From positions 1 to 64,000 of the forward strand of contig CBFFRP010000395.1 of NCBI GenBank assembly GCA_965644295.1: DNA of 64,000 nucleotides, written 5' to 3'. The notes beneath the pieces are model-generated. The model had not been told where the DNA came from, ran no database searches, and worked only from the letters and a program-made list of their open reading frames with translations. The stretch is from Paraphysomonas bandaiensis. Lineage: Eukaryota > Protista > Chrysophyceae. A program made the position numbers and the translations under genes. The number at the start of each line of letters is the position of its first letter. Within the stretch, counting starts at the first letter, position 1. This document shows positions 50,779 to 62,252 of this stretch, piece by piece.

Positions 50779-52249
50779 TTAAATAACCTTAAGCCCGACT
50801 GGTTTGCAGGCATCATCTTCACTGTACAGTATTTCTACGGAGCGGTTCTCATCGAGACTCAATCTTCCAGCTTCCAATATGGCTGTGGTACGATATGTCG
50901 TCCCGATAGTAGCAAGTTTATGATCAAAGCTTTCTACAGTAGCTCTCCCAGAATTAATGTCAATTGCGGCATCAATAAATGCCTCAAAAGACCTAAACGG
51001 TTAACAAGCACTATTAGAAGAGCAGTTTTAAAAAATCAAAGTTTGCTGTACCTGTAGCCGTAGCCTTGCTGGCCGCTGAACTTGCCATCGGTAGGGGTAT
51101 ACTTCATAAACAAAGGGTTCACGCTTCGATATCCAGCCTCATCTGTAGCCGTGCTGTATCCTCTGTGTGCTTGGTCAACATTCACCTCTCCCGACTGGCC
51201 CATATAAAAGAAACGCTGCTGGGAGTGCACATCACTAGGTGGAGCGATCCATGAGGCTGTATACACTGCCGTGCCCACCCCTTCCCCAGGTTTTAGATTC
51301 TCCCAAAGCACGGTAAGTGTGATAGTATCTTCACAGTCAATACCATATCGCTCTTTTGCTACACCAGATGATGCAGTTCCTGTAACTCGTATAGGACGTG
51401 ATGTTTCACCAGCACACCATTCATGAAAATCAATATGATGAGAATTTAAATAATATGATATATCTGAACTTTTTCCAGCCCATGCACGAAATGTATCCAA
51501 TTGATGTTTAGGTTGTGACATATATGAATACATATATGAGAATGAACCAATAGATTGTATACGATCATGTGCATCTATATATATGGGATCTAAACGTTTA
51601 TGTACTTCAATACCCACTAATACACCATATTTTTTTGCTTCTTCATCAAGTATATGATGATGTTGTAATGTTTGTACAACAGGTTTTGTAATTAATACAT
51701 GTAAACCATGACGTATACATGTTAATGCAATTGTAAAATGTGTATCATCAGGTGTAAATATTGTAACAATATCACCCCTTTGATAATCTTCAATTGCTCT
51801 TATATATGATTCACTATCCACTATATCATCCGTAGGATACGACTGCATAGAGATATCAAGTCCTTCATATACATCACCAATAGCTTTTTGAAGATGATTA
51901 CGGATACCTATATATATATATGATACATGATATTATATATGAAGTATGAAGTGTATTACCAGGAAATTTCTTTCCATTTACTCCGCATATTCCCAAATTC
52001 TTGACTTTATTACGTCTTCTCAAATCAAACATAGTTAATGCTACCACTATATCATACAAATACAGTGAATACTTTAAATACAGAGGTTGGAATACATCTC
52101 ATACCTCCTGCTGATTTATCTGAGTTTGATGCAGTACCATGTACATATCCAGTGGTGTACTCTCCTATATAGAAACTAGTTATAGTATATGATAATATAT
52201 AGAGATATACAACACCTGTTCCGATCATAAGAACATTAACAGCACTCAT
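50779..52249 (-). CDS. D-galacturonate reductase-like Gfo/Idh/MocA oxidoreductase, multi-exon
   Basis: Spliced N-terminus [78 protein letters not shown]; matches my recollection of the fungal GaaA family. Confidence 0.82.
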
Positions 52250-52835
52250 TTTATTTGATTGTATGATGTTTTGTTTTGGTGAAATGTGTGTGTATGTTAG
52301 TAGGAAGAAGTATATATATAATTGAATGATTAATTGAGCTCATCACAGGACCAACACATCAATCTATAGTACATTGCTGTATGGTATGTATATCTATGTA
52401 CGTATGTTTGTATGTACTGTCCATATATACCACCCTACGGTATATATATATATATATGAACCACCGACCTTCTACCAAGATATTAGGATTTTCAATAATT
52501 ACATGATAAATATTCGCTTTTTTTAACACTAATTCGAAAAAAATGCACTATTAATTTTACTACGTACAGTACGTACTGTCCTTTATAACCATAGATTTTT
52601 TCCTCCACTCTTTCCACACATTCAGACGAATGTACATCTGTGTACATGACATCTACTACATACATACATACATATAGAGAGTTTAGAATATAAAGTAACT
52701 ATATATGAAGACATCATTAACTTCACATATATATACACTATACTATATACCAAACTACTCCAACTCACTTCATTTCACTTCACTACACTTCACTTCACTT
52801 CACTAGACACTTCTATATATATATATATATAAATT

Positions 52836-54739
52836 ATGAAATTAAAACGTGAAAAAAAGAAAAGAAGTCATTCAATTGATTCAAATGATAGTCACAATCC
52901 TATAAAAAAAAATAAAAAAAAATTATGTAAAAATGATATAAATATAAAATTACCATTAAAATCATATACATATCCATTATTACCATTTCAAAAAAATTTT
53001 TGGTATGGTTTATTACCACAAAATCCTATAAGTGAAACATTAAAATTAAAAAGAAAATCAATGAATATATTAGTAAAAGGGAATGTTCATTTATGTCCAC
53101 CACCAATTGAATGTATTACAGATTCATGTTTACCTGATAGTTTTAAATTCATATTATCAAGATTTCATATAAAAGAATTAACTCCAATACAAAAACAAAG
53201 TTGGTCAGCTATACTCTATGGATGTAATGTTATCGGGGTGGCACCAACAGGTAAGCTTATATGAATATATCAGTATAACTAGAAGTGTATGGCTATATGT
53301 GTATATCTATATGTACATGGCTAGAAGTGTATAACTGCATGTGTATAGCTATCAGTCTATTAACTATCAGTATATAACTCTATGTATAGTAACTATGTAT
53401 ATATAGGCTCCGGTAAAACTTTAGCATATTGTTTGCCTATGATCCCTCACATTCAGGATCGTCTAAAGTCACTTAAGTCTGTTAGTGTTGCAGCCCCTCT
53501 GTGTCTTGTGGTGGTTCCTACACGTGAATTGGCGCTTCAGGTCTCTTCTTGTCTGAAACATCTTCGAGCATTTAATATTAAGGCGCTACCTATATATGGC
53601 GGCCAGGACCGCGATAAGCAGACAGAATTATTACGAGACACACCCTCTGTGCATGTAATTGCTGCTACTCCTGGGCGACTGATCGACCTTATGGGTACCC
53701 GTGAGCTCAGTTTAGACCGGGTGACATATTTGGTGATTGACGAGGCAGACCGCATGCTTGCTTTAGGCTTTGAGGAGCAGCTTAATACCATTGGGAGCTG
53801 TATTCGCCCTGACAGACAGACTCTTCTCTTCACCGCAACCTTTCCAGGTAAACTCCGAGAAAGTAGCAGCAGGTGGGCTGGTGACCCAGAAAGCACTGTA
53901 ATCATTCGTGTCAACACGATGGAAATAGGTGGGGCTATGCCTGCACCCACTCAAGATAAAACGGAACCAAGTAGTATTGGGGATGAATGTGCAGCAACCG
54001 AAGAGACACCTACCCAAAATCTGACTATCGGTGATGATGAGACCGCAGCAACAGATGGAGACGCTCCAATGCGATCTAGCTCGCTAACTGTCAGCAAGTC
54101 CATAGTGCAGCACGTACACGTTTGTGCAGCTCATAAGAAGCCGCGCCTACTTATAAATTACATTAAACGCGTTAGAGATGCAGAGAAGGCTGAGAAGGTT
54201 CGACAGCCAGGTCCAATGATTATCTTTTGCACCAAGATAAAAACCCTTCACTTCGTTGTTAACTTTCTAAACAAGAATGGTGTGACATCTGTTCAGCAGC
54301 TTCACGGACAGTTACCACAGCAACGCAGAGAATCTGTATTATCTGATTTCAAGGCGGTATGTGCCAGTTAAATCTGTTCATCCTTTGCCATTTATATTTG
54401 AATATTGTTCAGGGTAAGGTTCTCACGCTCTGTGCAACGGATGTGGCGGCAAGAGGAATTCATGTGAAGCGTCTGAAGTACGTTGTTAATTATGATTTCC
54501 CTGGGAGTCTGGAGCAGTACTGTCATCGCGTTGGACGTACTGGGCGGAAGGAAGGAGAACAAGGACATGCATACAGCTTGCTGACACGAAACATGGCCCC
54601 ATTAGCTGAGGATCTGGTTGCATTACTCAGAAATTGTGAGCAGGAAGTAGAGCCGAATTTATTACTTTTAGTGAGCGACTTCAAGAATGGGCTAATTGAT
54701 ATGACAGCAGAAAGTGATGAAGGTGATGGTGAAAAGTAG
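52836..54739 (+). CDS. DEAD-box RNA helicase (3 exons)
   Basis: TPIQ, APT|GSGKT, PTRELA, TPGR, DEAD, TAT (motif III), TDVAARG, HRVGRTGR. Confidence 0.93.
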
Positions 54740-55039
54740 TTTTAATATATTGTGCTTCTGTACAACTGATAGATATAATATTCGACGTGTACTACCTGTA
54801 ACCTTAACTGTAGTACTCACTACTCACAAAATGCTACTTAAATTCAGCTACAATGATATTCAATACACTAACAGCTATTGTGCTGTATTCACTGTGTTAG
54901 CCAAAAGTACCAACTACACACAGCATTCATGAGGAAGTGTATTGTGCACTAATTGAGGAATCATAACCCATCTTATTCAGTACTTAGAATATCTAAGAGT
55001 AAACGAAATACTTAGTTCAAACGTTCAAACAACGACGTC

Positions 55040-55658
55040 GGAACACTATACGAAAAGAGTAGTGAATGTCCAATTATTTGCAATAGGCGTTGGAGAGTCA
55101 GGAGTCAGTGCTTAACACTGATATCTGATATCCTACTATTTGTTGGAATACGTATGTTTCCCTAAGATAGAACTGTGTAGAATACGTTAATGCAATTGTA
55201 ATACGTAGTCAAAAATACTATACAGCTATAGCTGTGATACTGAAGTTAATCAGAGGTTGATATGAAAGAGTATAATTATGTTGTTGATGTGTTATACATT
55301 ATACATGATAACGCATTATTGCCTCTATACAATAATAATAATCTATCTAGTCTCTAACAACTTATCTTTCCTCTCACGATCTAGAAAACAAGTAAAAATG
55401 TTCAAAAGTCCATATTATTTAATAACTCTACGAAAGCTGCTTGTGTGTCACCGCAAGCACCTAGGTGCAACCACTTTCGCTCTATCACTCAAAGCATATG
55501 CAGTGAGCAAGCAGAATGTTGACATGTAGCTGACTATACAGGATTTTGGAGTCCATAAGAGGTGAACAGCCCGGATGCTTGACTTCAGCAGGCAGCCCAA
55601 CACCCCGGGTGTCCTTGAGGTGGGTCCATTCCCAGACGAATGTTTATTATTCGTCAAG
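55040..55658 (+). repeat. Copy 2 of the dispersed element with structured core (55429-55658), interrupted by an LTR-like insertion
   Basis: Reverse-complement homology to 30863-31470; core is about 75 nt longer than in copy 1. Confidence 0.8.
55141..55359 (+). mobile_element. Probable solo-LTR-like insertion
   Basis: TGTTGGA...TCTAACA termini; interrupts homology with copy 1; no clean TSD, so the right boundary may extend to about 55412. Confidence 0.45.
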
Positions 55659-56220
55659 TGACACTTATTAGTGCCCCTTTAATAGTACCACACAAGCGTT
55701 TGGCTATGAATGGACAAAAATATTGCTGACTATATATGCAGCGTATAAGTTAGTTTCTTCCCGGAGATATATCTCCGGTACTTACCTCCCAGAACACCAA
55801 GAAAAGGTGCGAATTCGGCATGTATGTAAAGAGAATAAGTATACGCAGCCTCTATTAATCACAATTTACTCTATCTTACTTACTAACAGAGGTTCAAGTT
55901 ACTAACATACACTCTTCTTAAATATAAGATAGGACTACAATCTACCACAGCTCTAGGCCAGTAAGATAACAGATTGTTAGTAAAATAGAGGGTTAGTACA
56001 CCTTGTTTTATAAAAAACAACATATATATATATTACGTCTCTGTAATATTTAGCACGTGACACCGGAGAAAAATTGAATAGTACAAGCTATATTATATTT
56101 AAGGCAGGGTAGAATAATAAACTCCAAACTTTTAAAAGTATGCTGTCCTTCTCGAACAACTAAAGACTGACTGCCCGATTATATTATATATATTTATATA
56201 TATATATAATATTTAGTACA

Positions 56221-56390
56221 ATTCTCGTTGCTGTGGAGCGTTTATTCAGCAGAGCCAAGATTATCATGACACACTTGCGACAAGGAATGGCCCCACACGA
56301 CGCCTCAAACTGCTGCTGCTCCTTGGGTTCACCAAGCACTTGAGGATCGCAAAGACATTGCAACAGGTCATCGATGATAGGCCGTCCGAT
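56221..56390 (+). pseudogene. hAT transposase C-terminal dimerisation-domain relic
   Basis: Reads AVERLFSRAKIIMTHLRQGMAPH, then after a frameshift LKLLLLLGFTKHL, matching the ERxFS..R..L.P..LE.LLFL..N pattern. Confidence 0.65.
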
Positions 56391-56779
56391 CATGACTAAA
56401 ATAAGGGCGACATTGACGAAAAGTTGGAGTACTTATAATATTAGTTGCTGCAGTGTTTTTGGGTTTTCATCATCATGTTGTAACCTCTACTAACGATCAA
56501 GCTAATAGCGCCCAGTATATGGCATACTGATAAAAAGCAAAGAGTGACTTGTTATGCAACTTGCACGGCATGTAAATATAAAACTTAACTTATCACCTCA
56601 CTATGAGAAGTTATAATACAGTTTAGAGATATACTCTAACTAGATTGCTAAAACTAACAGTACAATATCTATTGAAATTTTCTGCTAAACTGTTGTATTT
56701 CACCGCCATGACATATATTGTCGAAAACAGAAAGATCTCATTTCACTATTAACATATATTTTTAACAAACGGTGCACAT

Positions 56780-59095
56780 TTATGAACCAAGAGCAAACGC
56801 GAGCCACCCTTTCTTAGAATTTCTTGAAGTCACAGTATTATCCATTGTTCCAATGGAGACCCCCCCAAACAAGTCACCCTGCTCACTTTCTTCCTCCAAG
56901 GAGTTAAAATCATCGCCGAAAAAGCTGCCACCTGCATCCGTCCATGAAGTAAGAGACTTGAACAGCACCTTCCTCCCGTGAGAGTTATATTTCTTGGGCC
57001 ATGTTATCGCCTTCCAATCATAAAATGCATCCCTCAAGTGCCATAACAAAAGTGCCACGTCCATAGTTTCTATTGCCATTCCGGCATTTACATACATGCG
57101 CCATCGTTGAAAGCAGAATTCTCGTAGATTCAAGTCAGAAAGTAGATACTTCGATGCTCGCTGTAACCTCTTTGCAACGTGAAATCTGTACAAATATGAG
57201 AGAATCTAGAGCATACATTTGAATTAGCCTATACCTATTGACAACAGCGTTATGTTTAAGCGCACGGAACGTTATAATTAACGGCATCAGTGCTTGCTTC
57301 CTTTTGAACTTCCTGTTTTCATACTCTTGCTTTGAAAACAAATACATTCTCCTCAATACTCTTCTTTTGTTTTCCCGAATTGCCATTGAAAGAACGGCAT
57401 TAAAGCGCCGACACCTATATACCAAAGTTATATACGGCTTCAACCAGAAACACACTTACCAGAAAAGGTATTGACACCACGCACCAAATGTCATAGTGAG
57501 AAGCTGGGTCCACCGTCGCTCTTGCATAAGGCGGAACTGAATGCTCTGCCAGACATACACCTGCCACCCGTCCATAATCTACGGCAGTGTTACATTCAGA
57601 ACTATCACGAGCTAAAATATCTCACCTTACGAAGAATACAAAACTCTCTACCCTCCTTTATACGCCGCAATCCCATATGCACCGCATACACTCTCCTCCA
57701 TATATCCCAAAACTCTTTCAGCTTGATTCCAGTGTTTCGAGGTAAGTGTGGCGGTCGGACATTGACTAAAGCCGTCTCCACGTCAAGGGCAGCAGCGGCA
57801 GACACTATATCCTCCTCTCCCCCTTGGGGTGCTTCCTTATCACCCCCTAGCAGCTCGTCTTTCAGTCCGTACAGATTTTCAAGAGTGTGTGCAGTTGCTT
57901 TGTGACGCAGCATATCCTGGTGGTTCTTATAGGCATTCCAAATAATACTCCCCATTTCATCGACAATACACTGCTCCTTATGGCTGAGTTGAAGCTCACG
58001 GCGCATGAAAATGGTCTTCTTGGGCGGGTTCAAGGGATCCGACTCATCCTCCCCCTGGAACTTGACACCTGTAGGTGGTCGATCTAAAGGGGCAAACAAT
58101 GCAGTGGTGCCGTCTATTTTGCGCTCAGAGAAAAAAGTATTGTACAGAGGAGAAATGCCCATCCAGTCGACAAAGGGCTGTTTATTAATACAATTCACAT
58201 CCGTTGCCATTTTGATTATATATGCATGGAGCTGTGCAAACGTAGCGTGGTGCCCTTCTTTGTGCAGAATAATTTGCCGATAGCTGTCAACTATTTTAAA
58301 GGATATTTTGCGAATTGCAAGTAGAAGTCCAATAAAATTTGGTATACTAATATCGCAGTTCATTCCTCTTTCCCTTACAGCAGTTTCGTGTGCCTCCAGA
58401 CACTGCAGTTGTCTAATGTAAGTATCTCTTAAATTCGTCCACTCCGGAATATTAATGGCGTTTGAACTCGCGGATATAGTAGTCATCATGACAGATTCTT
58501 TAGTCGACTGACTAGTTGATCCTGTACTCTTCTTTCCTGTTGTAAATTCATACTCCTCAGAATTATCGTTACGGCTTTCAAGGTCAACATCTGTTAATAG
58601 TTTCGAGGCTCTTAGCTTTGAAACAAATGAATTAGGTCGTGGTTCATTTCCTTTTTCATTACTTTGCCGTATATTTTCAGAGAAATCTTTGTATCCTAAT
58701 CTTTCAGTTGTATTACCTTTAATTGACTGATATGTTCTCTCTGTTGCAGATAGTTTCCCTAATGGTGGTACAGTATTAAACTTATCAATCTTTTCTTTCT
58801 TCTTTTTCTTTTTTATTTTCTTATTAGAATTGAAATGATTATCAATTAAATTCTTTGATATTTTATGTACAGGTAATTCATTCGTTGATGTATATATATG
58901 TGGACTCACTTGTTTGATATCACTGTAATCACCATAATAGATTTGCTTCTTCTTCTTTTTATTTCTAAGTGAATTCTTTTTAATATTCTTTTGATGATGA
59001 TGTTGATGTGATGAATGTGATTGTGATGAATGTGTTAGTCTTTGATTAGTTGTATATACTGTAGAGAATATATTATCAAGATAATCATCATCCAT
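56780..59095 (-). CDS. Uncharacterised multi-exon protein with basic W/F-patterned C-terminal repeats (Sfi1/IQ-like)
   Basis: ORFs joined by short GT-AG introns; EFWDIWRR, FCFQRWRMY, DAFYDWK patterns; probable start MDDDYLD. Confidence 0.65.
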
Positions 59096-59846
59096 TCTAT
59101 GTATGTATGTGTGTATGTATGTGTGTGTATGTATGTGTGTTAAGAGGAGTTGATCATACGATATATTTATAGTAAACAATGGATTTGATTGATATAAATC
59201 AATAGAATGATGATCACAGTCTGTCTTATTAAGGTATATAGATAGAATGATTCCAAGAGCTCTACCTTCATATGTTTCATACTGTAAAAGACTCTGTACA
59301 GTATATTCCATACATTATTATATACTGCAACTGCTGTATGTACAGGACATACTGGTGTACTGTGGACATATATATGTATGTACTGTACGTAGAGGATATG
59401 TATGTACTGCTGTATCAGTGTATAAAGAAACGAATATGCATTTTATACAAAGATTTATTTAACTTCTAGAATCCCCCTATTTTTAGATACTAGAAATCGA
59501 TTTTTTTATAAATACCAGTTCTGTGTGCTGTTTCGTATAATATCAGCTGTTTTTTGTTTTAGAAAGTCTAGAAATTCCAGAAAACTCCACTATTACATCA
59601 TGTATATACAGTACAGGACGCCCCTAGAGTACGTACGGAGGAATTCCTAGAATGGTGTGTACATGTGTATATACAGTATGTACATCTGTACATCTGTACA
59701 TCTATATACCATACATGCTTATGTCGAACTGTCTAAACCATATATACTACACGCACAGCATATATATAGATGGTATATAGTTCGATAACCTTCCACAATA
59801 TCAACATCTATTGATAAGTAACATACATTACCATCTATATCAAACA

Positions 59847-60467
59847 ATGATAATGAAACAGGCTATCTTTACCATTAGCAGACACTTAACATATGCCTGT
59901 AGATCACAGCATATATATAAACGCCTTCTCCACTGTGGATCTCGAGCATATAACATGCCTCCACTACTAATCCCACGATACACAACACAATTATTTTCTT
60001 CTTTGACAGTAAATAGTTTTCATAAAATTGCTGATACAACTTTAGATGATATTATGGATATGTTAACTGTTATTGAAGACTCTGTGGATAACGCAGATAT
60101 TGTGTATGCTGTAAGTTGTAAAGCTATATCTCTTCTTTATTTATATCTATTTTACTTGTAGCAAGGCGTTCTTAATATCAATTTAGGTGAGAAAGGTTGC
60201 TGGGTAATAAACAAACAGACTCCAAACAGACAGCTGTGGTGGTCGTCCCCTATCAGGTATGCATTGTAATGGCAAGATTTTCAGTTGTAATGGATACACA
60301 GTGGTCCAAGGCGATATGAATATTATGATGACGATTCGGGGCAAGGTTGGTACATGTCTAGGGCCTTTGAAAATAGAGCCCCAGAGAAAGAGCTCGTATA
60401 TGCTCTCAGGACTGAGATGTTGGATGCAACTGGAATCGACATTTTGTCGATGGATATCGATGAATGA
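59847..60467 (+). CDS. FXN: Frataxin (CyaY family), mitochondrial, 3 exons
   Basis: Spliced FHKIADTTLD..|[39 protein letters not shown]; R/S-rich presequence. Confidence 0.95.
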
Positions 60468-60889
60468 GGAATAAATCTGAGTGAAGTCAGTATGGTAGTT
60501 AGTCCCTCTATATTCTTTGTATCATTTTAATAACTTATTCTCAACGTAGTACAGTTAAACTTGCACTAATATGTTAATCTTTGCCTTTGAACTACCAAAA
60601 TATGTTAGACTAGTATTACTTGTATAGCTCTTCGACATCACCCTATACGGAGTCAGGCAATGTCCTACATATAATATCTTCAACACCTAGTCCATATATT
60701 TATCGTGGTAACTTTGTTATTACTTCGTCGTTTCTCTATTACTAACTACTAACTATCTAATTCTTACTCCATATGTCAATATCGGGAACTTTGCTTTATG
60801 TTACAAAATATTATAAGTTCATAAATGTCGTTTTTCTCTATAACTAATGTTATAAGTTTTAATATTTCTTGGCTTCTTGATAAATTGAC

Positions 60890-61260
60890 CAGTTAGATGT
60901 AGTTCTCATTTTAAACCACGGGCTCGCTGTAAGGAGTAAGGAAGCTATATTGTCCTGCGCCCTTATATTCTATATTCAATCGAGGAAGAAGAACACAAAT
61001 TTAAGATTTGAGAGTAGACAATCATACTTGTTATCCCAAGGTTAAATTGTAGTTTATTCCCATGATATGAAAGTACCAAATTTACTAATCTAAAGTATTG
61101 ATGGTTCTGCAGGGCTGGAACCGTGCCACTATACAATGTACAATCAACTTTTTGAATTTAATGCCACACATATTGCTAGCAAGTATGAAGGTTATTAATA
61201 CCATTATTCATCAATTGCTATTGTTGGAGCGAAATGTGGTGGATGTGACGATAAATTGCT
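60890..61260 (-). mobile_element. Degraded repeat, probably an IS630/Tc1-mariner transposase relic
   Basis: Homolog of 3800-4110; minus strand has WDN about 100 nt upstream of TPYS..PW. Confidence 0.4.
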
Positions 61261-61565
61261 GAACACTGCGTTCTACAATACTACTATTCAACCTCTACAA
61301 TAGGTAGTTGGGAATGTTATCGTGACTCCATCTGTATTGGTATTATATAAACGGGTGTCAACACAGTCATCACTCAATATAAGCGCATACATACGCAGAT
61401 GCCAAAGTACACACGTTGCCAAACCATATTCGAAGGAAAATTATGGCGACATATCGCTATAAAAGATGCAACAAATCAGCCTTCAAGCTATAATATATTA
61501 ATTACACCACAATTGATGTCCCGTTCGATACAATATTACATCTGACAGTCTCGTATATTGCAAAG

Positions 61566-61839
61566 TTACTGTCTGTTGGCCTGTGCATATCTGACGGACA
61601 AAACAATGGAACTGACACTGACGAAAATAGTTCCCAAAACACCGACAGTAATTTTAATAGGGTGGAATGGAGGATGAAACATCTGAAATAATATTAAAAC
61701 AATAGAAATATCATAAACAGGAGTATACCAGGTGTTCGTGGTGTTCAACGTAACCAGGGCGTCTGATAGGAGCAACCTTGGATCTGAGAGCTCGGCTCAC
61801 TTTACTTGATGCAGATTGAAAAACTCTAGGAGGAGACAT
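61566..61839 (-). CDS. Small (~75 aa) single-pass membrane protein with mitochondrial-type presequence, 2 exons
   Basis: MSPPRVFQSASSKVSRALRSKVAPIRRPGYVEHHEHL, a ~46-nt GT-AG intron, then MFHPPFHPIKITVGVLGTIFVSVSSIVLSVRYAQANRQ-stop. Confidence 0.75.
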
Positions 61840-62252
61840 TGTAGTAAAAGGTTTATTTCTGATAAGTTAGTAATGAAATAATGCAGTGATTTGTTGCTGT
61901 TTCTCTATGTATGTATGTGTGTATGTATGTATGTATGTATGTATATGTAGGTAGCATCATATGATCACAACTCCTTGCTGCCAGTGTTAAAAAAATATAT
62001 AGCCCACAGCATATCTTGAAGAGGTACTAGTTTCAGTTTCAATACTTTCTTGAACAAATAGGGTATATTTTTGGTAATATTTCTAGATGTATCATATTTC
62101 CTGAATTTCATATCCTGAAAACTGAAAACAGACGATTTTTATATGCCACAGTATGAGAATTTTATCACTTAAGATGGAACACAAGTGTACATATACATAT
62201 ATATAGACAGACGATGAGTCAAATTCAGAGGATTCAATTTAAATAATAGAAT

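Noticed and set aside
16041-58283. Many short antisense or nested ORFs inside long genes
   Set aside because: Shadow ORFs without recognisable motifs, many starting at TTG or GTG.
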